In this document: piece by piece, positions 55,142 to 64,000 of the stretch
How the letters are laid out: the number at the start of each line of letters is the position of its first letter
How positions within the stretch are numbered: the first letter of the stretch is position 1
Assembly: GCF_050320075.1 (NCBI RefSeq)
Contig: NZ_CP190018.1
Length of the DNA stretch: 64,000 bases
Reading direction: 5' to 3' (one strand)
Source: Escherichia coli
GTDB lineage: Bacteria; Pseudomonadota; Gammaproteobacteria; Enterobacterales; Enterobacteriaceae
Notes under the pieces: generated by a model
What the model saw: only the letters and a program-made list of their open reading frames with translations
What the model was told of the DNA's origin: nothing
The model's database searches: none
Translations under genes and position numbers: made by a program

Positions 55142-55365
55142 TCATCATACCGTTTATTCAATGTGCTGTGAGTAACTTTCACTTCCGTATTTGCATAACG
55201 ATGTTTTAACATCTGCTGATGAAAGGCAGCGGCAATTACAATAATTATCGCTGTGAATACTGGATTATGTGCGCCGCCTCACGCACAATAATCAGGCTGT
55301 AAATCAGCTTAATAACTTTGCCCCCACGCAGGGCGGAGGCGTCACACCTGCAGGAGAAATCATAA

Positions 55366-56034
55366 ATGCCATCACTCAGTAAAGAAGCGGCCCTGGTTCA
55401 TGAAGCGTTAGTTGCGCGAGGACTGGAAACACCGCTGCGCCCGCCCGTGCATGAAATGGATAACGAAACGCGCAAAAGCCTTATTGCTGGTCATATGACC
55501 GAAATCATGCAGCTGCTGAATCTCGACCTGGCTGATGACAGTTTGATGGAAACGCCGCATCGCATCGCTAAAATGTATGTCGATGAAATTTTCTCCGGTC
55601 TGGATTACGCCAATTTCCCGAAAATCACCCTCATTGAAAACAAAATGAAGGTCGATGAAATGGTCACCGTGCGCGATATCACCCTGACCAGCACCTGTGA
55701 ACACCATTTTGTTACCATTGATGGCAAAGCGACGGTGGCTTATATCCCGAAAGATTCGGTGATCGGTCTGTCAAAAATTAACCGTATTGTGCAGTTCTTT
55801 GCCCAGCGTCCGCAGGTGCAGGAACGTCTGACCCAGCAAATTCTCATTGCGCTACAAACGCTGCTGGGCACCAATAACGTGGCTGTCTCTATCGACGCGG
55901 TGCATTACTGCGTGAAAGCGCGTGGCATCCGCGACGCAACCAGTGCCACAACAACGACCTCTCTTGGTGGATTGTTCAAATCCAGTCAGAATACGCGCCA
56001 CGAATTTCTGCGCGCTGTGCGTCATCACAACTGA
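55366..56034 (+). CDS. folE: GTP cyclohydrolase I FolE, 222 aa
   Basis: Conserved CEHH motif region ([21 protein letters not shown]). Confidence 0.9.
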
Positions 56035-56050
56035 TTAAAAGGCAGGAACC

Positions 56051-57208
56051 ATGGAGCGCAACGTCACGCTCGATTTTGTTCGCGGCGTCGCCATTCTGGG
56101 GATCCTGCTATTAAACATCAGCGCCTTTGGGCTACCAAAGGCGGCTTATCTCAATCCCGCCTGGTACGGCGCTATTATGCCGCAGGATGCATGGACCTGG
56201 GCATTTCTCGATCTCATCGGCCAGGTGAAATTCCTCACGCTTTTTGCGCTGCTGTTTGGTGCTGGCCTGCAAATGTTGCTGCCCCGTGGCAGACGCTGGA
56301 TCCAGTCGCGGTTAACGCTGTTAGTCTTGCTGGGCTTTATTCACGGTTTATTGTTCTGGGACGGCGATATTCTGCTGGCTTACGGGCTGGTGGGCTTAAT
56401 CTGCTGGCGGCTGGTGCGCGATGCGCCATCAGTAAAAAGCCTGTTTAATACAGGCGTCATGCTTTATCTGGTGGGGCTTGGCGTTTTGATGTTATTGGGG
56501 CTGATTTCCGACAGCCAGACCAGCCGCGCCTGGACGCCGGATGCATCGGCTATTTTGTATGAAAAATACTGGAAGCTTCACGGCGGCGTTGAAGCGATCA
56601 GTAATCGTGCCGACGGTGTTGGCAACAGTTTACTGGCACTGGGCGCACAGTATGGCTGGCAACTGGCAGGGATGATGCTCATTGGTGCGGCGCTGATGCG
56701 CAGCGGCTGGCTGAAAGGGCAGTTCAGCTTACGTCACTATCGTCGTACTGGTTTTGTGCTGGTGGCGATTGGGGTGACCATTAACCTTCCTGCCATCGCC
56801 CTGCAATGGCAGCTGGACTGGGCGTATCGCTGGTGTGCCTTCTTACTTCAAATGCCGCGGGAACTGAGTGCGCCGTTTCAGGCGATTGGCTATGCGTCGC
56901 TGTTTTATGGTTTCTGGCCGCAATTAAGCCGCTTTAAGCTGGTGCTTGCGATCGCCTGCGTCGGACGGATGGCGCTGACCAACTATCTATTGCAAACGCT
57001 GATTTGTACCACGCTTTTTTACCACCTCGGTTTGTTTATGCATTTTGACCGCCTGGAGCTGCTGGCGTTTGTTATTCCGGTATGGCTGGCGAATATCCTC
57101 TTCTCTGTTATCTGGCTGCGTTACTTCCGCCAGGGGCCGGTGGAATGGCTCTGGCGTCAGTTAACTTTGCGTGCTGCCGGACCGGCAATATCTAAAACAT
57201 CAAGATAA
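56051..57208 (+). CDS. yeiB: DUF418-family inner membrane protein YeiB
   Basis: Polytopic membrane protein; synteny after folE. Confidence 0.7.
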   Translation: MERNVTLDFVRGVAILGILLLNISAFGLPKAAYLNPAWYGAIMPQDAWTWAFLDLIGQVKFLTLFALLFGAGLQMLLPRGRRWIQSRLTLLVLLGFIHGLLFWDGDILLAYGLVGLICWRLVRDAPSVKSLFNTGVMLYLVGLGVLMLLGLISDSQTSRAWTPDASAILYEKYWKLHGGVEAISNRADGVGNSLLALGAQYGWQLAGMMLIGAALMRSGWLKGQFSLRHYRRTGFVLVAIGVTINLPAIALQWQLDWAYRWCAFLLQMPRELSAPFQAIGYASLFYGFWPQLSRFKLVLAIACVGRMALTNYLLQTLICTTLFYHLGLFMHFDRLELLAFVIPVWLANILFSVIWLRYFRQGPVEWLWRQLTLRAAGPAISKTSR

Positions 57209-57349
57209 CGATCTGGATCACATTCGTTAACAAAACGGCTGTAACCGTTTCCATTGCTGTGACTCGATTCACGAAGTCCTGTATTCAGTGCTGACAAAAT
57301 AGCCGCCAGCAAGCAGTCATTTACTGCAATCTCATAACAGGTAGTGAAT

Positions 57350-58390
57350 ATGATCACCATTCGTGATGTAGCGCGTCAGGCTGGCGTCTCTGTGGCAACG
57401 GTTTCCCGAGTGCTCAATAACAGTACGCTGGTCAGTGCCGACACGCGTGAAGCAGTAATGAAAGCCGTTAGTGAGCTGGATTATCGACCAAATGCCAATG
57501 CCCAGGCGCTGGCAACTCAGGTTAGCGACACCATTGGCGTGGTGGTGATGGACGTTTCTGATGCGTTTTTCGGCGCGCTGGTAAAAGCGGTGGATCTGGT
57601 CGCCCAGCAGCATCAGAAATACGTGCTAATCGGCAATAGCTATCATGAAGCGGAAAAAGAGCGTCACGCCATTGAGGTGTTAATTCGCCAGCGTTGTAAT
57701 GCATTGATTGTTCACTCAAAAGCATTGAGTGACGATGAACTGGCACAATTTATGGATAACATTCCCGGTATGGTGTTAATCAACCGCGTTGTGCCGGGGT
57801 ACGCCCATCGTTGCGTTTGCCTGGATAATCTCAGCGGTGCCCGAATGGCGACGCGCATGTTGCTGAATAACGGTCATCAACGTATTGGTTATCTTTCTTC
57901 CAGTCACGGCATTGAAGATGACGCCATGCGTAAAGCAGGCTGGATGAGTGCGTTGAAAGAGCAGGATATTATTCCGCCGGAAAGCTGGATTGGCACTGGC
58001 ACGCCGGACATGCCGGGCGGTGAGGCGGCGATGGTTGAACTGCTGGGGCGCAATCTACAACTTACCGCTGTATTTGCTTATAACGACAATATGGCCGCTG
58101 GCGCACTGACAGCATTAAAAGATAATGGCATTGCGATTCCGTTACATCTCTCAATCATCGGTTTCGATGATATTCCCATCGCCCGTTACACCGACCCGCA
58201 ATTAACGACTGTGCGTTATCCCATTGCTTCAATGGCGAAATTAGCCACCGAACTGGCCTTGCAGGGGGCAGCAGGCAATATTGATCCGCGTGCCAGCCAC
58301 TGTTTTATGCCGACGTTAGTGCGTCGCCATTCTGTCGCAACGCGCCAGAATGCGGCGGCGATCACTAACTCAACAAATCAGGCGATGTAA
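57350..58390 (+). CDS. galS: LacI/GalR-family repressor GalS (mgl/gal isorepressor), 346 aa
   Basis: [28 protein letters not shown] plus periplasmic-binding-like domain; six-frame ORF starts two codons earlier at GTG. Confidence 0.85.
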   Translation: MITIRDVARQAGVSVATVSRVLNNSTLVSADTREAVMKAVSELDYRPNANAQALATQVSDTIGVVVMDVSDAFFGALVKAVDLVAQQHQKYVLIGNSYHEAEKERHAIEVLIRQRCNALIVHSKALSDDELAQFMDNIPGMVLINRVVPGYAHRCVCLDNLSGARMATRMLLNNGHQRIGYLSSSHGIEDDAMRKAGWMSALKEQDIIPPESWIGTGTPDMPGGEAAMVELLGRNLQLTAVFAYNDNMAAGALTALKDNGIAIPLHLSIIGFDDIPIARYTDPQLTTVRYPIASMAKLATELALQGAAGNIDPRASHCFMPTLVRRHSVATRQNAAAITNSTNQAM

Positions 58391-58669
58391 CCGCTTTCAA
58401 TCTGTGAGTGATTTCACAGTATCTTAACAATGTGATAGCTATGATTGCACCGTTTTAACGTTGTAACCCGTATGTAACAGTGAATAATCACTTTCACCGA
58501 GGTAATAGCGTCATAACAACAATTAAAGCCGTTTTCTGGAGCGTTACCGGGCATGGAAGAACGAATTTTAAAAAGTGAGCTTCGGCGTTCAGTAACACTT
58601 CATTAACTCTACTGCCCCGCCGAGCATTTATCTCAAGCACTACCCTGCATAAGAAAAACCGGAGATACC

Positions 58670-59668
58670 ATGAATAAGAAGGTGTTAACCCTGTCTGCTG
58701 TGATGGCCAGCATGTTATTCGGTGCCGCTGCACACGCTGCTGATACTCGCATTGGTGTAACAATCTATAAGTACGACGATAACTTTATGTCTGTAGTGCG
58801 CAAGGCTATTGAGCAAGATGCGAAAGCCGCGCCAGATGTTCAGCTGCTGATGAATGATTCTCAGAATGACCAGTCCAAGCAGAACGATCAGATCGACGTA
58901 TTGCTGGCGAAAGGGGTGAAGGCACTGGCAATCAACCTGGTTGACCCGGCAGCTGCGGGTACGGTGATTGAGAAAGCGCGTGGGCAAAACGTGCCGGTGG
59001 TTTTCTTCAACAAAGAACCGTCTCGTAAGGCGCTGGATAGCTACGACAAAGCCTACTACGTTGGCACTGACTCCAAAGAGTCCGGCATTATTCAGGGCGA
59101 TTTGATTGCTAAACACTGGGCGGCGAATCAGGGTTGGGATCTGAACAAAGACGGTCAGATTCAGTTCGTACTGCTGAAAGGTGAGCCGGGCCATCCGGAT
59201 GCAGAAGCACGTACCACTTACGTGATTAAAGAATTGAACGACAAAGGCATCAAAACTGAACAGTTACAGTTAGATACCGCTATGTGGGATACCGCTCAGG
59301 CGAAAGATAAGATGGACGCCTGGCTGTCTGGCCCGAACGCCAACAAAATCGAAGTGGTTATCGCCAACAACGATGCGATGGCAATGGGCGCGGTAGAAGC
59401 TCTGAAAGCACACAACAAGTCCAGCATTCCGGTGTTTGGCGTCGATGCGCTGCCAGAAGCGCTGGCGCTGGTGAAATCCGGTGCACTGGCGGGCACCGTA
59501 CTGAACGATGCTAACAACCAGGCTAAAGCGACCTTTGATTTGGCGAAAAACCTGGCCGATGGCAAAGGTGCGGCTGATGGCACCAACTGGAAAATCGACA
59601 ACAAAGTGGTCCGCGTACCTTATGTTGGCGTAGATAAAGACAACCTGGCTGAATTCAGCAAGAAATAA
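58670..59668 (+). CDS. mglB: Galactose/glucose-binding periplasmic protein MglB, 332 aa
   Basis: Signal peptide [23 protein letters not shown] followed by type I SBP. Confidence 0.9.
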   Translation: MNKKVLTLSAVMASMLFGAAAHAADTRIGVTIYKYDDNFMSVVRKAIEQDAKAAPDVQLLMNDSQNDQSKQNDQIDVLLAKGVKALAINLVDPAAAGTVIEKARGQNVPVVFFNKEPSRKALDSYDKAYYVGTDSKESGIIQGDLIAKHWAANQGWDLNKDGQIQFVLLKGEPGHPDAEARTTYVIKELNDKGIKTEQLQLDTAMWDTAQAKDKMDAWLSGPNANKIEVVIANNDAMAMGAVEALKAHNKSSIPVFGVDALPEALALVKSGALAGTVLNDANNQAKATFDLAKNLADGKGAADGTNWKIDNKVVRVPYVGVDKDNLAEFSKK

Positions 59669-59728
59669 GACTGATTGGGCGCAGTCGTTTACTGCGCCCT
59701 TATTGTATGGCCAACAAGGTAAAATTAT

Positions 59729-61249
59729 ATGGTCAGCTCAACGACTCCGTCTTCCGGGGAATACTTGTTGGAAATGAGCGGTATCAACAAGTCTTTTCCT
59801 GGTGTTAAGGCACTTGATAACGTTAATTTAAAAGTCCGGCCACATTCTATCCATGCATTAATGGGGGAAAACGGCGCAGGAAAATCAACATTATTAAAAT
59901 GCCTGTTTGGTATTTATCAAAAAGACTCCGGCACCATTTTATTCCAGGGTAAAGAGATCGATTTCCATTCTGCCAAAGAAGCGCTGGAAAATGGTATTTC
60001 GATGGTACACCAGGAGTTAAACCTGGTATTACAACGTTCGGTGATGGATAACATGTGGCTGGGGCGATATCCCACCAAAGGCATGTTTGTCGATCAGGAC
60101 AAAATGTACCGCGAAACCAAAGCGATTTTTGATGAACTGGATATTGATATCGATCCGCGTGCGCGCGTCGGCACATTATCCGTTTCGCAAATGCAGATGA
60201 TCGAAATCGCCAAAGCGTTTTCCTATAACGCGAAAATTGTGATTATGGATGAACCGACTTCTTCGTTAACCGAAAAAGAGGTCAATCATCTGTTCACTAT
60301 TATTCGTAAATTAAAAGAGCGCGGCTGCGGTATTGTTTATATCTCACATAAAATGGAAGAAATCTTCCAGTTATGTGATGAAGTTACCGTATTGCGCGAC
60401 GGTCAGTGGATCGCCACTGAACCGCTGGCAGGACTGACGATGGACAAGATCATCGCCATGATGGTTGGGCGTTCTCTTAACCAGCGTTTCCCTGACAAAG
60501 AAAACAAGCCGGGCGAAGTGATTCTTGAAGTGCGTAACCTGACGTCGCTGCGCCAGCCGTCGATTCGCGATGTCTCGTTTGATCTGCATAAAGGGGAGAT
60601 CCTCGGTATTGCCGGTCTGGTGGGGGCGAAACGTACCGATATTGTTGAGACGTTATTTGGTATTCGCGAGAAATCGGCTGGCACCATTACGTTGCACGGC
60701 AAAAAGATCAATAACCATAATGCCAACGAAGCCATAAACCACGGATTTGCACTGGTAACTGAAGAGCGCCGCTCAACGGGAATTTATGCCTATCTGGATA
60801 TCGGTTTTAACTCGTTAATTTCCAATATTCGCAACTACAAAAATAAAGTTGGTTTACTGGATAACTCGCGGATGAAAAGTGATACCCAGTGGGTGATTGA
60901 TTCGATGCGGGTAAAAACACCGGGGCATCGGACGCAAATTGGTTCGCTCTCCGGTGGTAATCAGCAAAAGGTGATTATTGGTCGCTGGCTGTTAACGCAA
61001 CCAGAAATATTAATGCTCGATGAACCGACGCGCGGTATTGATGTCGGGGCGAAGTTTGAGATCTATCAGTTAATTGCCGAGCTGGCGAAGAAAGGCAAGG
61101 GGATTATTATTATCTCCTCCGAAATGCCAGAGTTGTTAGGGATAACAGACCGTATTCTGGTCATGAGTAATGGTCTCGTTTCCGGAATTGTCGATACAAA
61201 AACAACAACGCAAAACGAAATTCTGCGTCTTGCGTCTTTGCACCTTTAA
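59729..61249 (+). CDS. mglA: Galactose/methyl galactoside ABC transporter ATPase MglA (two ABC domains), 506 aa
   Basis: GENGAGKST Walker A and duplicated LSGG signature. Confidence 0.9.
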   Translation: MVSSTTPSSGEYLLEMSGINKSFPGVKALDNVNLKVRPHSIHALMGENGAGKSTLLKCLFGIYQKDSGTILFQGKEIDFHSAKEALENGISMVHQELNLVLQRSVMDNMWLGRYPTKGMFVDQDKMYRETKAIFDELDIDIDPRARVGTLSVSQMQMIEIAKAFSYNAKIVIMDEPTSSLTEKEVNHLFTIIRKLKERGCGIVYISHKMEEIFQLCDEVTVLRDGQWIATEPLAGLTMDKIIAMMVGRSLNQRFPDKENKPGEVILEVRNLTSLRQPSIRDVSFDLHKGEILGIAGLVGAKRTDIVETLFGIREKSAGTITLHGKKINNHNANEAINHGFALVTEERRSTGIYAYLDIGFNSLISNIRNYKNKVGLLDNSRMKSDTQWVIDSMRVKTPGHRTQIGSLSGGNQQKVIIGRWLLTQPEILMLDEPTRGIDVGAKFEIYQLIAELAKKGKGIIIISSEMPELLGITDRILVMSNGLVSGIVDTKTTTQNEILRLASLHL

Positions 61250-61264
61250 GATTAGGGGCTTCCC

Positions 61265-62275
61265 ATGAGTGCGTTAAATAAGAAAAGTTTTCTTACTTAC
61301 CTGAAAGAGGGCGGTATTTACGTCGTTCTTTTAGTTTTGCTGGCAATTATTATTTTCCAGGATCCTACATTTTTAAGTCTGTTGAACTTAAGTAATATTC
61401 TCACCCAGTCATCGGTGCGTATTATTATCGCGCTTGGTGTGGCAGGGTTAATTGTCACCCAGGGGACCGACCTTTCTGCGGGGCGTCAAGTAGGGCTGGC
61501 GGCAGTGGTGGCAGCGACATTATTGCAGTCCATGGATAACGCCAACAAAGTGTTCCCGGAAATGGCGACGATGCCGATTGCGCTGGTTATTCTGATTGTC
61601 TGTGCCATTGGTGCGGTGATCGGTTTGATCAACGGTCTGATTATCGCCTATCTCAACGTGACGCCGTTCATTACCACGCTCGGCACGATGATCATCGTCT
61701 ATGGCATCAACTCGCTCTATTACGACTTTGTCGGGGCGTCGCCGATTTCTGGTTTCGACAGTGGCTTCTCTACCTTTGCTCAGGGCTTTGTCGCGCTGGG
61801 GAGTTTCCGTCTCTCTTACATCACCTTCTACGCGCTGATTGCGGTGGCGTTCGTCTGGGTGTTGTGGAACAAAACCCGCTTCGGCAAGAACATTTTTGCT
61901 ATCGGCGGTAACCCGGAAGCGGCAAAAGTTTCTGGTGTCAACGTCGGCCTGAACCTGCTGATGATCTACGCGTTGTCTGGTGTGTTCTATGCCTTCGGCG
62001 GGATGTTAGAAGCCGGACGTATCGGCTCTGCCACCAACAACCTCGGCTTTATGTATGAACTGGATGCTATCGCGGCGTGCGTGGTGGGCGGCGTATCGTT
62101 CAGCGGCGGTGTGGGGACGGTGATTGGCGTGGTGACCGGGGTAATTATTTTTACCGTCATCAACTATGGCCTGACGTACATCGGTGTAAACCCGTACTGG
62201 CAGTACATCATCAAAGGGGCGATTATTATCTTCGCCGTGGCGCTGGATTCACTGAAATACGCGCGTAAGAAGTGA
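61265..62275 (+). CDS. mglC: Galactose ABC transporter permease MglC, 336 aa
   Basis: Polytopic permease; last gene of mglBAC. Confidence 0.9.
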   Translation: MSALNKKSFLTYLKEGGIYVVLLVLLAIIIFQDPTFLSLLNLSNILTQSSVRIIIALGVAGLIVTQGTDLSAGRQVGLAAVVAATLLQSMDNANKVFPEMATMPIALVILIVCAIGAVIGLINGLIIAYLNVTPFITTLGTMIIVYGINSLYYDFVGASPISGFDSGFSTFAQGFVALGSFRLSYITFYALIAVAFVWVLWNKTRFGKNIFAIGGNPEAAKVSGVNVGLNLLMIYALSGVFYAFGGMLEAGRIGSATNNLGFMYELDAIAACVVGGVSFSGGVGTVIGVVTGVIIFTVINYGLTYIGVNPYWQYIIKGAIIIFAVALDSLKYARKK

Positions 62276-62289
62276 TGTGATTGTGGGTA

Positions 62290-62342
62290 TTGCCGGATGC
62301 GTCGCATCCGGCAATCGGTGCCAAATGCCGGATGCGTCGCTG
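62290..62342. repeat. REP-type palindromic units (GCCGGATGCGTCGCATCCGGC and a second partial copy)
   Basis: Read directly between convergent mglC and preA. Confidence 0.5.
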
Positions 62343-62345
62343 GTT

Positions 62346-63581
62346 TTACAATGTTACAGAGTGTTCTTTCTCTCCCTTCTTAAACTTCACTTCCCCAAGC
62401 TCAATACAACCCACCGGGCAGACGTGACCACAAAGCAGACAACCCACGCATTTCTCGGTATTACAATGCGGCGTGCGTGTTTTCTCGCTCCATTCCATCG
62501 CCTGGTGACCGCCGTCGTAACAGGAAATATAACAGCGTCCACAGCCAACACATTTATCGAGATTGATACGGGGATAGACAATATAACTGCGGTCTAAATC
62601 TTCCGCCGGAACAATATTGTTATTCGCCAGACCTACCATCTCCTGCAACGAATCAAATCCCTGATCGGCGAGATAATGCGACAACCCGCTCGCCATATCT
62701 TCCACTATCCGATACCCGTACTGCATAATGCCGGTGGTCACCTGTAACGTTGCTGCGCCGAGCAATAAAAACTCCGCCGCATCCTCCCAGGTTTCAATGC
62801 CGCCGATACCGCTGATCGGGAAATCGCGCAGCTCTGGATGGGTACGTATTTGCTGAATGAAGCGCAGGGCGATCGGTTTTACCGCTTTACCGGAATATCC
62901 GGAAATACTCGATTTACCGTTAACGATCGGCATACCGATTTTCTGATTAAGATCGATATTGGTGATGGATTTAACGGTGTTAATCGCCGCAATGCCATCT
63001 GCGCCGCCGCGCTTCGCCGCCAGCGCCACTTCGCACATATCACCGATATTCGGCGTCATCTTCGCCAGCATTGGCAGCGTGGAACCACGTTTTACTGCCC
63101 GACAATATTTTTCTACCAGCTCCGGGCTTTGCCCGACATCGCTACCCATCGCATGAGAAGTCATTTGCGGACAGGAGAAGTTACACTCGATCATATCCGC
63201 GCCAGCTTCTTGCACCAGACGCGCCAGCTCTTCCCATTGCTGCTCATTTTCGCCCATGATTGAAGCGATCAATACTTTGTCCGGGTAATCTTCTTTCAGC
63301 CGACGCAGGGCGGCCAGATTATCTTCCAACGGATGTTCAGCAATCTGCTCCATATTTTTGAAGCCGATAAAACCGGTATCTTCTTTCACCAGATGATCAA
63401 AACGCGGCGAGACTTCGTTGGCGATAAAAAAGCCGATCGTTTTAAACACCACGCCGCCCCAGCCAGTGTCGTAGGCTTTGGCACACATCTCATAGCAGTT
63501 GCCTACCGGCGAAGAAGAGAGGCAGAACGGGTTGGGAAACTTCACGCCGCAAAAAGTAATCGAAAGATCTTTCGTTAACAT
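62346..63581 (-). CDS. preA: NAD-dependent dihydropyrimidine dehydrogenase subunit PreA (YeiA), with C-terminal 4Fe-4S ferredoxin motifs
   Basis: Dihydroorotate dehydrogenase-like TIM barrel plus CxxCxxC..CP motifs ([23 protein letters not shown]); start placed at MLTKDL. Confidence 0.8.
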   Translation of the reverse strand: MLTKDLSITFCGVKFPNPFCLSSSPVGNCYEMCAKAYDTGWGGVVFKTIGFFIANEVSPRFDHLVKEDTGFIGFKNMEQIAEHPLEDNLAALRRLKEDYPDKVLIASIMGENEQQWEELARLVQEAGADMIECNFSCPQMTSHAMGSDVGQSPELVEKYCRAVKRGSTLPMLAKMTPNIGDMCEVALAAKRGGADGIAAINTVKSITNIDLNQKIGMPIVNGKSSISGYSGKAVKPIALRFIQQIRTHPELRDFPISGIGGIETWEDAAEFLLLGAATLQVTTGIMQYGYRIVEDMASGLSHYLADQGFDSLQEMVGLANNNIVPAEDLDRSYIVYPRINLDKCVGCGRCYISCYDGGHQAMEWSEKTRTPHCNTEKCVGCLLCGHVCPVGCIELGEVKFKKGEKEHSVTL

Positions 63582-64000
63582 GAGCAAGCTCCCTCTAAAT
63601 AGTGATGAATCGCCTCGGCGGCTTCTTTCCCGGTTTTCACGGCATAGACCACGGTTTTGTCCCCCTCAACAATATCGCCAGCAGCAAAGACTTGCGGATC
63701 GCGGGTCTGGTAATTTTGTGTATTGATGGTGTTACGCTGCGGCTCTAACTCCGCAAAGGCATCCAGTCTGGCATGCTGACCGACGGCGAGAATAATTTTA
63801 TCTGCCGCCATCGTCAGTTCGCCCGGTAACCGTACATGCTTAAACGTGACTTTATTGCCTTCCACGGCTACTGGCGTGAATCCATCGATGATCGAAACGC
63901 CCAGCTCCCGAGCGCTGGCAAACTCTTTTTCGCTTGCCGGAAACTCATCTAACTCTTCACGCGCTACGCAAGTTACCGCCTGACAGCCGAGAACTTTCAG
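63575..64000 (-). CDS. preT: Dihydropyrimidine dehydrogenase subunit PreT (YeiT), C-terminal part; gene continues past window end
   Basis: C-terminal FAD/NAD-binding-like sequence (VFAAGDIV...); frame is open to the window edge. Confidence 0.75.
   Translation of the reverse strand: MKVLGCQAVTCVAREELDEFPASEKEFASARELGVSIIDGFTPVAVEGNKVTFKHVRLPGELTMAADKIILAVGQHARLDAFAELEPQRNTINTQNYQTRDPQVFAAGDIVEGDKTVVYAVKTGKEAAEAIHHYLEGACSC

Overview
This window is an Escherichia coli-type chromosomal segment, in reverse orientation relative to the K-12 map, running from ccmF (5' partial) to preT (partial). The backbone is syntenic with K-12: ccmFGH, narP, yejO, proL tRNA, yejM-yejL-yejK-rplY-radD-rsuA-bcr-yejG-yejFEBA, rtn, mepS, lpxT, yeiR-yeiQ-yeiP-yeiW, setB, fruBKA, nupX, yeiI, nfo, yeiH, yeiE, lysP, cirA, yeiG, folE, yeiB, galS, mglBAC, preA, preT. 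Gene names are assigned from remembered protein sequences and gene order; no database search was run. Three departures from the K-12 arrangement stand out. (1) The most interesting is an ~8.2 kb integrative element inserted at the 3' end of tRNA-Pro (proL), between proL and yejO (about 6790-14988). It carries a P4-type tyrosine integrase, an AlpA-family regulator, a small-gene operon ending in a TOPRIM/P-loop primase-helicase, then SSB, a ProQ/FinO-domain protein, a PerC-like protein and a small ORF. It has no recognisable capsid, packaging or Sid/Psu/Delta genes, so it looks like a minimal satellite-like or PICI-like replicative island. It also carries two mutually inverted iteron blocks (GGGACAAGT / TCCCACCTGTCCC) flanking the SSB-FinO-PerC module, and a structured non-coding region with P4 immunity-like seqA/seqB/seqC motifs just upstream of its replication operon. 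(2) An IS1 copy without target-site duplication sits where K-12 has psuK-psuG-psuT-yeiL and the 5' end of rihB, leaving rihB 5'-truncated. (3) A clean IS150 insertion with a 3-bp ACC duplication interrupts cirA. No CRISPR array, rRNA gene or classical defence-system gene was recognised.
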